Shown: positions 48,043 to 59,452 of the stretch, in pieces
Layout of the letters: every line of letters starts with the position of its first letter
Numbering within the stretch: position 1 is the first letter of the stretch
Assembly (NCBI RefSeq): GCF_046119375.1
Contig: NW_027362762.1
Location: 154,318,001-154,382,000, forward strand
DNA length: 64,000 bases
Source: Phyllobates terribilis
Lineage: Eukaryota
Reading direction: 5' to 3'
The notes under the pieces: model-generated
Told to the model about the DNA's origin: nothing
Databases searched by the model: none
Seen by the model: only the letters and a program-made list of their open reading frames with translations
Position numbers and translations under genes: made by a program

Positions 48043-48875
48043 CAGGGATGTCAAACTCAAACACACAGAGATCCAAAATTAAAAACTTGGACTAAGTCAT
48101 GGGCCAATTAGTATACAGTATAATGGTCCCCGCAAAGTCCTCCATACAGAATAATGGTCCCCACATAGTCCTACATACAGAATAATGGTCCCGTCCCCAC
48201 ATAGTCCTCCATACCGAATAATGGTCCCCACATAGTCCTCCATACAGAATAAAGAGCCCCACATAGTCCTCCATACAGAATAATGGGCACCATATAATCC
48301 TCCATACAGAATAATGGGCACCATATAATCCTCCATACAGAATAATGGGCACCATATAATCCTCCATACAGAATAATGGGCACCATATAATCCTCCATAC
48401 AGAATAATGGGCACCATATAATCCTCCATACAGAATAATGGGCTCCACATAGTCCTCCATACAGAATAATGGGCACCATATAATCCTCCATACAGAATAA
48501 TGGGCTCCACATAGTCCTCCATACAGAATAATGGGCACCACATAATCTTCCATACAGAATAATGGGCTCCACATAGTCCTCCATACAGAATAATGGGCAC
48601 CACATAATCTTCCATACAGAATAATGGGCTCCACATAGTCCTCCATACAGAATTATGGGTCCCACCTAGTTCTCCATACTGGATAATGGGCCCCATATAG
48701 TCTTACATACAGTATTATGGGCACCACATAGTCCTCCAAACATATTAATGGGCCCGACATAGTCCTCCATACAAAATAATGGCCCAACATAGGGGTGGTG
48801 GTACTGGTGTCGCGGACCAAATTATACCACCCTGCGGGCCAGATTTGGCCCACGGGCCAGTGTTTGACATGTATG
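48043..48875. mobile_element. hAT MITE carrying a ~20-copy 31-bp minisatellite
   Basis: CAGGGATGTCAAAC..GTTTGACATGTATG; 8-bp TSD ATCTAGGG at 48035-48042 and 48876-48883. Confidence 0.9.
48110..48790. repeat. 31-bp minisatellite CCATACAGAATAATGGGCACCATATAATCCT
   Basis: Seen directly; 31-residue periodicity in three frames. Confidence 0.92.
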
Positions 48876-50240
48876 ATCTAGGGGATCCAGTAACATGCTG
48901 CTGGCCTAGTCTCCAGGTACTTGGTATTCTACTCCTGGCCAACACTCTTCTCTCTGCTGCACTCTTCTATCCCTAGGTGGCACACTTGGTCCGGCAGCCA
49001 TCTTCCTAAAGGGCCAGCACCCACTGACTGCCCCTTATTGCAGCCAATCACCATTTGTGCCTGAAACTATGTACACTTGATATTTATGGTTCAATTGTCA
49101 GCAGTCCAAAATGCTGCTTGACCCCATTGAATAAACTGCTAGTTACACGTCAGGCTCTGATCACACTGCGATGATGTCAATTCTGGTGTTTGCTGGTAAT
49201 AATAGGGAGGGACGCAGACTGAACCTTTCTTGTATTAAAAACATTATAACCCTCAATGAATATAATCTACTACTGATATAGAACATCACCTTACTGCATT
49301 GCGCCCCACTTTACCAAACGAGATGCACCCACAAGATTCCACCATATCCCTTGTATTATTCCTCTAAGTGGCTAATCTGGGCTGTTTCTGTGAAGCATGT
49401 AGGAAGCCAAGTGATGTAAATCCCAGCTGTTCTGCACTAGGTGAAGTATCTGGATCAGAAGACCACACACATTCAACAGGTCATTTTCTTATCATCTGTT
49501 TTCAAGCAACATATTTGATGAGGGATTCTTCAGTCATCTTAACTGTTTCTGTTCATTTGAAAGTCACAAGGGCTTATTGGTACCATTATAGCAGTATACA
49601 GTACATATTGTTGCACCTTGTTGTTGGTTGTGTTCCCACAATGAGTATTTGCTGACTTTTTGATGTTGTAGATTTTCTGCACCGGTTAGCTTAATTAGGA
49701 ATACCAAAAACGGAAAATGTGCCAAGACAAAAAATCATTGAGACATAATAAAATATATTTTTATATTACATACAAACATAAAAACATGTAATAAAATCCC
49801 AAAATACAAACAGATTGGTGGGTGAGCAGCGCTGGTGGGAGCCCGCTGATATATAATTACACAGTTAACTGGTGACATACATAGGCATATATAGAATGTA
49901 ATGGTATCAATAAAATAAAACATACAATTTATAGTCACCTGACAGCTATGACCATATGTCAATGGGCATAGATAAATTACATCTAATATCACCCACAGAT
50001 GCATGCAACATGATATATCAAAATACCCTGTAAGAGATCAGACAGTATAGACTTGAGTACCATAGTTACAGGGAAAAATGGTAAAATGCATGAATATGTA
50101 TATCAAAAGTTACTTGCATTCATTGAATGGAAGGTATGATCTATGAATTGTTACCCTAGAATTCTAGTTCTATACAATGGACACAGAGTGATTGAATACA
50201 GAGCCATTTAACAGATGTATATAGATAGATATATCAGAAA

Positions 50241-50583
50241 GAAAATAGCTGTCTACAAATATGTCAAGGGCTGTCACATTGTAGAAGGATCATCTTTATT
50301 CTCATTTGCACAAGGAAAGACTAGAAGCAATGGGATGAAACTAAATGGGATGAGACACAGATTAGATATTAGAAAAAACTTTTTGACAGTTAGGGTGATT
50401 AATGAGTGGAACAGGCTGCCACGAGAGGTGGTGAATTCCCCTTCAATGGACGTCTTCAAACAGAGGCTGGACAGACATCTGTTTGAGATGATTTAGTGAA
50501 TCCTGCTTTGAGCAGGGGGTTGGACCAGATGACCCAGGAGGTCCCCTCCAACTCTACCATTCTGTGATTCTGTGATTCTGTGA
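50241..50583 (+). mobile_element. CR1 LINE 3' fragment with (ATTCTGTG)n tail
   Basis: TRSNGMKL..RLDIRKNFLTVRVINEWNRLPREVV; GGTTGGACCAGATGACC..GGTCCC..ATTCTGTGATTCTGTG. Confidence 0.93.
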
Positions 50584-50752
50584 AAGTGCAGAGTATAAGT
50601 GATTACCATTTGCATTTTCTGCAGAGTTTACCCTGTAACTACTTGGGTCTAAACCACCTGATATGTTACAGTGTCTTTTGATATATCATGGTACATGCAA
50701 GTGACAGCCCGACATACCCCTGCTATCCATAGAGCGGCTGAGATGTTGAGTG

Positions 50753-51597
50753 ACATCTCAGCCACCCTATGGATAGCAGGGGCGTGTTTGGCTGTCAGTG
50801 CTGTGAGTGACAGCTCAGCCACCCTATGGATAGCAGGGGCAGGTTGGTCTGTCAGTGCTGTGAGTGACAGCTCAGCCACCCTATGGATAGCAGGGGCGTG
50901 TTGGTCTGTCAGTGCTGTGAATGACAGCTCAGCCACCCTGGGGATACCAGGGGCGTGTTGGTCTGTCAGTGCTGTGAGTGACAGCTCAGCCACCCTATGG
51001 ATAGCAGGGGCGTCTTGGGCTGTCAGTGCTGTGAGTGACAGCTCCGCCACCCTATGGATAGCAGGGGCATGTTGGGATGTCAGTGCTGTGAGTGACAGCT
51101 CAGCCACCCTATGGATAGCAGGGGCATGTTGGGCTGTCAGTGCTGTGAGTGACAGCTCAGCCACCCTATGGATAGCAGGGGCGTCATGGGCTGTCAGTGC
51201 TGTGAGTGACAGCTCTGCCACCCTATGGATAGCAGGGGCGTGTTGGTCTGTCAGTGCTGTGAATGACAGCTCAGCCACCCTATGGATAGCAGGGGCGTGT
51301 TGGTCTGTCAGTGCTGTGAGTGACAGCTCAGCCACCCTATGGATAGCAGGGGCATGTTCGGCTGTCAGTGCTGTGAGTGACAGCTCAGCCACCCTACGGA
51401 TAGCAGGGGCGTGTTGGTCTGTCAGTGCTGTGAATGACAGCTCCGCCACCCTATGGATAGCAGGGGAGTGTTGGGCAGTCAGTGCTGTGAGTGACAGCTC
51501 AGCCACCCTATGGATGGCAGGGGCATGTTGGGCTGTCAGTGCTGTGAGTGACAGCTCAGCCACCCTATGGATAGCAGGGGCATGTTGGGCTGTCAGT
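50753..51597. repeat. 57-bp satellite array, left block
   Basis: Unit GACAGCTCAGCCACCCTATGGATAGCAGGGGCRTGTTGGKCTGTCAGTGCTGTGAGT. Confidence 0.97.
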
Positions 51598-52067
51598 TGT
51601 TAGAACCTTGCTCTTAGGTCTTTTTTCCTTTGCTGGTCACATGACCTTGTTGGCCTATTTAATCCTGCTCCGCCCTTCTGGCTTTGCTGGACTTCATTGT
51701 ATATCTACTTTCTAGCTAGCCTGTGCTCTGTGTCTTGCTCTGTTAGTTTGCTTTGTCTACTGACCTCTATGTTCTATATATTTTGTTTGTTCGTCTGTCT
51801 GCTACTATTTCTGTTAGGAGGTGTCCCATATTCCTCCCAGTCCTTAGTACTTGTAGGGATTCCTTCCCCACATCTATAGGTCTCCGTACAGACTAGCTTA
51901 GGACTTTAGCAGGTCTGATCGCAGGATCAGGTCCCCTGTTACATCGTAGGGATTAAGCTGAGTTCTATCGTAGGGACAGATCTCCTCTCTTTCCTTAGCT
52001 CTGGTAGCAGAACATAACAGTAAGTCCAGCCAGCAAATTCTCTAAGGAAAGATTTTTCTGTTCCATC

Positions 52068-55000
52068 ATGGTGTCGGTTCAGGATTTGGTTCATCGCCTG
52101 CAGGGACTCTCTCTGGAGGTGGCCGAGCTCCGTCAGCACGTGAGTAACTGTCCTGGAGCACATTTCTTGGAGCCTAAGGTATGTTTGCCGGATTTATTTT
52201 TTGGTGAACACCGAGAATTTTTTTCATTTAAAAATGCTTGCTTATTGTATTTTCGTTTGAGACCTAAGTCCTCTGGGGATGAATCCCAGCGCGTAGGGTT
52301 CATAATGTCACTTTTGCGCAAAGAGCCTCAGGAGTGGGCCTTTTCTTTGCAACCTAGTGATTCATGCTTCAGATCAGTGGATAGTTTTTTTTCTGCTTTG
52401 GGACTATTATATGATGATCCTGACCGTGTCGCATCAGCTGAGACTGAGTTGAGACGTTTAAAACAAGGATCAGGTAATGTGGAAAAATATTGTACTCATT
52501 TCCGTCGTTGGTCTACTCAAACAGGGTGGAACGATTCTGCTCTGAAAAGTCTATTTCTTGCTGGGCTCAGTGAAAGGGTTAAAGACCTGCTAATTGCTTA
52601 TCCTACACCTGAAGATTTGCAACAGGCTATGCAATTAGCTATACGGGTGGATAGAAGACTGCGTGCAAGGGTTAATGAGAGCAAATCCTCTTCTATGTCA
52701 GTTTCTGGTTATGAGAATGTGTGTACTAACAGTGGTGAACCGATGGAGATTGGATCGGTGGCACCTCGCTCTCAAGAAAAAGATCGTCGATTTTCTGAAG
52801 GCTTGTGTTTCTATTGCGGAAAATCTGGTCATTTGATTAAAGGCTGTGAGCTTCGTATGAAGAAAGAAAAAAAAATGGTCAGTCACGCCCGTATTGCCTG
52901 TTTAAATTCCAAGGGTATATTTTTAGCTGCTTCCACGATTGCTCAGAAAAAATTAATGGAATTTCGGGTGTTTGTTGATTGCGGGTCTACTCTGAATGTA
53001 ATTGATGGGGGATTCGTGGAAAGACTCAATTTGAAACCTGAACCTTTATCATCCCCCATTGCTGTGGTTTCTGTGGATGGTTCCCCTTTGAAGAATATTA
53101 CTCTCAAGGTCTGTGAATTTCCTCTCACTATTAATGGTGTTCACCATGAGAAATTGGATTTGGTAGTGTTGAATAACTTGCCTTCTCCAGTAATATTGGG
53201 ATTGCCCTGGTTAAAATTTCACAATCCTGTACTGGATTGGTCTACCAGTGAAATTAAATCCTGGAGCCATAAATGTTATGACAAGTGTTGTAACGGGCGT
53301 ATTGCAGCTTTGGATAGGGGAGAATTGCCTGTTCCTATTCAGGATTTTTGGAGAGTTTTTTCTGAGAAGGAGTCGCAGGTTTTGCCTCCCCATAGAGACT
53401 ATGATTGTTCTATTGAATTTGTCCCTGGAGCGACTCTTCCTAAAAGTCGTTTATTTAACCTTACTATTCCTGAGAGGAAGGCTTTGGAGGAATACATACA
53501 GACAAGTTTGGCCGCCGGTCACATTAGGCCCTCTAAGTCTCCTGTGGCGGTTGGATTTTTTTTTGTAAAAAAAAAGGACGGCGGTTTACGTCCTTGTCTG
53601 GATTTTCGTGAGATTAACAAAATTACTGTACGCAATCCTTACCCACTGCCATTGATTCCTGATCTGTTTAACCAGTTAATGGGGGCCAAGTGGTTCTCTA
53701 AAATTGACCTTAAGGGGGCATACAATCTGTTGCGCATGAAGGAGGGTGATGAATGGAAGACTGCTTTTAACACTCCTGTGGGTCATTTTGAGAATCTGGT
53801 TATGCCTTTTGGTCTTACTAATGCTCCTGCATTTTTTCAGAATCTGATTAATGACATCCTTAGACCTTTGATCGGTAAAAATGTGGTTGTGTATTTGGAT
53901 GACATTTTGATTTATTCGCCAGATCTGGAGTCTCATTGGCGGAGCGTGCGTGAGGTATTACAGTTATTAATGGACAATTCGCTTTTTGCTAAGCTGGAGA
54001 AATGTGAGTTCGCTGTACAGAGAATTAGTTTTTTGGGCTACATTATCTCCAGCAAAGGTTTTGAGATGGATCCGGTTAAGGTTCAGGCTGTGCAGGAATG
54101 GCCTAGGCCTATTGGTTTGAAATCGATACAGAGGTTTTTGGGTTTCGCCAATTACTACAGAAAATTCATAAAAAAATTTTCTAGTATTGTCAAACCTCTG
54201 ACTGATCTCACCAGGAAAGGTGCTGATGCGGTTCAGTGGTCTTCTGAGGCCATTGAAGCTTTTGTGTATCTCAAGGAGAGGTTCACCTCTGCTCCCATCC
54301 TTATGCAGCCTGATGTTACTAGGCCGTTTTTGGTTGAGGTTGATGCTTCCTCTGTGGGGGTTGGCGCAGTATTGTCTCAGGATAATGGGGATGGATTACA
54401 TCCCTGTGCCTTTTTTTCAAAAAAATTTTCGGAGACTGAACTGAATTACGATATTGGTAATCGGGAATTATTGGCTATTAAACTCGCATTTGAACACTGG
54501 CGCCACTTCTTGGAAGGTGCGGAATTTCCCGTTCAGGTTCTTACGGATCATAAAAATCTGATATATCTTGATGCTGCCAAGCGCCTGAATGCCCGTCAGG
54601 CTAGGTGGGCACTGTTTTTCTCGCGGTTTAATTTCTCCGTTACTTACATCCCTGGTACTAAGAATGTTAAGGCGGATGCCTTGTCTCGCAGTTTTTCTCC
54701 CATAGTCGGTGCTGAGAAAGAGGAGAACATTTTACAAGAAGGTGTTGTGATAGCTGCTTTGGACTCTGTTTTGGAAAATGAGATTCTTAAAGCACAGGAG
54801 AATGCCCCTTCTAACACTCCTCATGGGAGGTTGTTTGTGCCTGGGACCTTTAGGAGTGATTTGCTTGTTGAGTGTCACGAATCTCGGTTGGCAGGTCATC
54901 CCGGAATCTCTGAGACCAAGAGACTGGTGGGTCGCAGTTTTTGGTGGCCTGGATGGCAGAAGGAAGTCATTAAGTGGGTGCGTCAATGTACTATATGTGC

Positions 55001-55372
55001 TAGATCTAAGTCCTCACATACTCCTGCTGCGGGGTTGCTTTGTCCTTTGGAGGTTCCCAGTGCTCCTTGGACACATTTGGCTATGGACTTTATAACTGAC
55101 CTTCCCCCCTCTGAGGGTTTTACTGTCATCTGGGTGGTCGTGGACCGTTTTAGCAAGATGTGTCACTTGGTTCCTTTCGTCAAACTGCCCTGCGCTAAAA
55201 CTCTCGCTAAGGCCTTTGTCAAGGAAATTGTCAGACTTCATGGCGTTCCTACTGACATTGTTTCTGATAGGGGTCCTCAGTTCGTGGCTCGTTTTTGGCG
55301 TGCCTTTTGTGATAGGTTGGGAGTTCATTTGTCGTTCTCGTCCGGATATCATCTTGAATCTAATGGCCAGAC
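52068..55372 (+). CDS. gag-pol: Gag-Pol polyprotein part 1 (capsid, CCHC knuckle, protease, RT, RNase H, integrase N-terminus and core up to NGQT)
   Basis: CFYCGKSGHLIKGC; FVDCGS; YLDD; VDASSVG; HHCC; MDFITDLP; VSDRGPQF; no stops. Confidence 0.93.
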
Positions 55373-55777
55373 CAGGGGCGGAACTACCGCCCGTGCAGCC
55401 GGTTCATTGAACGGGGGCCCCGAGGGAGAGGGGGCCCCTCCAGCCTCCAGCAGGGCCGCCATCAGGGCATGACTGCCCTGACTCCAGTATGGGGCCCGGC
55501 CGGTAGGGGCCCCCTCGGGGGCCCCCCTCTTGTGCGTCTCTCTCCGGGGCCCCATGCTATGCGCCGGGTCCGGGACATTTCAGCGCTGAGCTGCGCTGTT
55601 GCAGCAGCGCCTTGATGATTCCCCTGACTTCCGGTCATGTGACGGTGCCGTCACATGGCCGGAAGTCAGGAGAACCTGCTGTCAGCGATTTGGACGAGCG
55701 CCAGGATTCTGCAGGGATCGCATGGGGGTAAGTATAACAAGTTTTATTTTTTTTAAAATACAATTAACTAGGAGTGG

Positions 55778-55923
55778 NNNNNNNNNNNNNNNNNNNNNNN
55801 NNNNNNNNNNNNNNNNNNNNNNNNNNNNNNNNNNNNNNNNNNNNNNNNNNNNNNNNNNNNNNNNNNNNNNNNNNNNNNNNNNNNNNNNNNNNNNNNNNNN
55901 NNNNNNNNNNNNNNNNNNNNNNN
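55778..55923. other. Assembly gap (run of N)
   Basis: Seen directly. Confidence 0.99.
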
Positions 55924-56335
55924 TGTGTGTGTGGGGGGGGAGATGGGAGATGCACATGTGTGTGTGTGGGGGGGGGGGAGATGGGAGATGCACATGTGTG
56001 TGTGGGGGGGAGATGGGAGATGCACATGTGTGTGGTGGGGGGAGATGGGAGATGCACATGTGTGTGGGGGGGGGAGATGGGAGATGCACATGTGGTGGAG
56101 GGGGATGAGATGGGAGATGCACATGTGGTGGAGGGGGATGAGAGAGGGGCACATGTGGGGGAGGGGGATGAGAGAGGGGCACATGTGGGGGAGGGGGATG
56201 AGAGAGGGGCACATGTGGGGGAGGGGGATGAGAGAGGGGCACATGTGGGGGAGGGGGATGAGAGAGGGGCACATGTGGGGGAGGGGGATGAGAGAGGGGC
56301 ACATGTGGGGGAGGGGGATGAGAGAGGGGCACATA
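55924..56335. repeat. G-rich minisatellite (GGGAGATGCACATGTG.. grading into 30-bp GAGGGGGATGAGAGAGGGGCACATGTGGGG)
   Basis: Seen directly. Confidence 0.9.
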
Positions 56336-56799
56336 ACGAATGTGGGGTGGGGGAGAGTAAATGATAAATGATGATGGGGTGGGGAGAGCACGGACATGAT
56401 ATAATGAATTGGGGCAGGGGGTGCATGTAAATATTGAATGCGGGGAGCAGGAAGTATAGAGTAGGGGGCGTTGCGGATGCAGGAGTGTGACTGGTAACAA
56501 ATTGGCGGAAAGAGTAGAGGTTCTAATTAAATTATATATTAAGTGCCTATTTACAGTTAATGGGGGCACAGTGGTGGATTACAATTTATATTTGGAATGG
56601 TAGGTTGCCTAATAACTAACCATATATTGATGGTGGATGCACGTCTGTATTCAGCTGCGTAATGTAGAAGTTGGGGAATGTGCTCTAGATAACTGTGTTA
56701 TTTTATGCAGAGACGAGTGATGGCGGTCTGTGCTGGATGAAGGAGAAAAGCGAAGATGAAGGACTTCACCTAGAGACGTCACCGGTGAGTCAGTCTATT

Positions 56800-57250
56800 A
56801 CATGTACACTGTGTATAATGTCACTGGTGATCACTGTATTACCTGTACACTGACACTATATACAGAGCTCCTGTGTATAATGTCACTGGTGATCACTGTA
56901 TTACCTGTACACTGACACTATATACAGAGCTCCTGTGTATAATTTCACTGGTGATCACTGTATTACCTGTACACTGACACTATATACAGAGCTCCTGTGT
57001 ATAATGTCACTGGTGATCCCTGTATTACCTGTACACTGACACTATATACAGAGCTCCTGTGTATAATGTCACTGATGATCACTGTATTACCTGTACACTA
57101 TATACAGAGCTCCTGTGTATAATGTCACTGTATTACCTGTACACTGACACTATATACAGAGCTCCTGTGTATAATTTCACTGGTGATCACTAGATTACCT
57201 GGACACTTACGTTATACATACCATGTATAGAGCTCCCGTGTATAATGACA
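56800..57250. repeat. 62-bp minisatellite (TGTACACTGACACTATATACAGAGCTCCTGTGTATAATGTCACTGGTGATCACTGTATTACC)
   Basis: Units start at 56821, 56883, 56945 and onward. Confidence 0.92.
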
Positions 57251-57759
57251 CTTATGGTAATATTAGTAATGTGGTGGTAATATTAGTAATGTAGTGGTAA
57301 TATGTGGTCTGGTCATGGTGTGGCAGTTTTTCTCCCTTCTGTGTGGTATTATTCGGTCACTATGTTGTGGTAATATGTGGTCTGGTCATGGTGTGGCGGT
57401 ATTCCCTGTATGTGGTATTATTGGTCATTTAAAAAAAAAATGTATATGACACATTCCCTTAAAGAAAACTAAATAAAAATATATCTAAAAAGAGTATTGG
57501 ATATTTTAAGAAAATTTTAATAGGTTAGAGTAGGGCCCGCCCAGAAGAGTCTACCTTATCGTGGTGGCGGCTTTAAAAATCTTTTGGCCAAAACAAAAGC
57601 TGATGGCTATGTATGTGGCGCCGTCACATGGCCGAACGTCAGGAGAACCTGGTGGCAGCGACGTGGACGAGCGCCAGGATTCTGCAGGGATTGCATGGGG
57701 GTAAGTATAACAAGTTTTATTTTTTTTAAATACAATTAATTAACTAGGAGTGGGGGGAA

Positions 57760-58150
57760 TCAGAGATGCACATGGGGGGGGGATGAGAGATGCACATGGG
57801 GGGGGATGAGAGATGCACATGGGGGGGGGTGAGAGATGCACATGGGGGGGGATGAGAGATGCACATGGGGGGGGATGAGAGATGCACATGGGGGGGATGA
57901 GAGATGCACATGGGGGGGATGAGAGATGCACATGGGGGGGATGAGAGATGCACATGGGGGGGATGAGAGATGCACATGGGGGGGATGAGAGATGCACGGA
58001 GGGGGATGAGAGATGCACATGGGGGGGATGAGAGATGCACATGGGGGGGATGAGAGATGCACATGGGGGGGATAAGAGATGCACGGGGGGTGAGAGCTGC
58101 ACATGGGTGGGATGAGAGCTGCACATGGGGGGGTGAGAGATGCACATGGG
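57760..58150. repeat. ~22-23 bp G-rich minisatellite GGGGGGGATGAGAGATGCACAT
   Basis: Seen directly. Confidence 0.9.
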
Positions 58151-58255
58151 GGGTTATGTTTACATAACTTTGTTGCCTTATGAAGGGCAGGGGGGGCCCC
58201 CCAAAATTTCTTGCACAGGGGCCCACTACAGTCTGTGTCCGCCCCTGGGCCAGAC

Positions 58256-59018
58256 AGAAAGGAAAAACCAGGATGTTGAGCAGTTCTTGCGTTGTTTTGT
58301 GGCAGACAATCAAGAGGGGTGGTCTGAGTTTCTGCCACTTGCTGAATTTGCTCTGAACAATCATACATCTTCTTCTGCTGGTTGTTCACCTTTTTTTTGT
58401 TGTTCTGGGAGACATCCGTCGTTTGGGTCGTTCTCCAAGTTGGGATCTGCCGTGCCTGAGGAGGAGAATTTTTCCGGTGATTTGGAGAGAGTTTGGACGG
58501 ATGTGCGTGGTAATCTTCAGGAGGCCAACAGAAAATCTAAAGACTACTTTGATAGGAAACGACAGGAGGTTTTGTTCGCTGTTGGTGACATGGTTTGGTT
58601 GTCCTCTAGGAATCTGCGGTTGAGGATTCCTTCTAAGAAATTGGGTCCCAAGTTTGTAGGGCCCTTTAAGGTGCTTCAGGTTGTCAACCAATCTGCTGTT
58701 AGGTTGGAGGTTCCTACCTCCTGGAGAATTAATCCGGTATTTCATGTCTCTCTGTTGAAAAAAGCTGTTGTATCGGATTGTGACGCCTCTGCCTCTGTTC
58801 CTCCGGTGGTGGAGGACGGGGAATATGAAATTTCTCGCATCCTTAACTCTAGACGGTATAGAGGTAGTTTGCAGTATCTTGTGGCCTGGAAAGGTTTCGG
58901 TCCCGAGGATAACTCTTGGGTGAGGTCGGATGATGTTTCCGCGTCCAGACTTATCAGAGCGTTTCACAGGAGATTTCCTGATAAGCCTGGTCCTAGGGGA
59001 TCCGGAGGATCCTCTTAG
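58256..59018 (+). CDS. pol: Gag-Pol part 2 (integrase catalytic Glu, GPY/F region, chromodomain)
   Basis: ERKNQDVEQ..GPKFVGPFKV..YEISRILNSRRYRGSLQYLVAWKGFGPEDNSW; joins part 1 in frame (3305+763=4068 nt). Confidence 0.92.
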
Positions 59019-59452
59019 AAGGGGGGGTACTGTTAGAACCTTGCTCTTAGGTCTTTTTTCCTTTGCTGGTCACATGACCTTGTTGGCCTATTTAATCCTG
59101 CTCCGCCCTTCTGGCTTTGCTGGACTTCATTGTATATCTACTTTCTAGCTAGCCTGTGCTCTGTGTCTTGCTCTGTTAGTTTGCTTTGTCTACTGACCTC
59201 TATGTTCTATATATTTTGTTTGTTCGTCTGTCTGCTACTATTTCTGTTAGGAGGTGTCCCATATTCCTCCCAGTCCTTAGTACTTATAGGGATTCCTTCC
59301 CCACATCTATAGGTCTCCGTACAGACTAGCTTAGGACTTTAGCAGGTCTGATCGCAGGATCAGGTCCCCTGTTACATCGTAGGGATTAAGCTGAGTTCTA
59401 TCGTAGGGACAGATCTCCTCTCTTTCCTTAGCTCTGGTAACAGAACATAACA

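Larger units (their letters stand above)
55373..58247. mobile_element. Non-autonomous hAT element (with an assembly gap) inserted in the integrase
   Basis: TIR CAGGGGCGGA..TCCGCCCCTG; 8-bp TSD GGCCAGAC at 55365-55372 and 58248-58255. Confidence 0.93.
51598..59452 (+). mobile_element. Young Tf1/sushi chromovirus LTR retrotransposon, full length, interrupted by a hAT MITE
   Basis: 422-bp LTRs 51598-52019 and 59031-59452 (2 differences seen); TSD TCAGT; PPT AGAAGGGGGGGTAC; single gag-pol ORF ending in a chromodomain. Confidence 0.97.

Noticed and set aside
48092-48696. Three overlapping repeat ORFs (MEDYMVPIILYGG..)
   Set aside because: 31-bp minisatellite translation.
55634-57760. Duplicated ~140-bp block (55634-55777 and ~57619-57755) as a biological rearrangement
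   Set aside because: It flanks the gap and similar minisatellites, so internal element structure cannot be separated from mis-assembly.
55599-58389. His/Pro/Cys- and Gly-rich ORFs, some spanning Ns
   Set aside because: G-rich minisatellites and an assembly gap.
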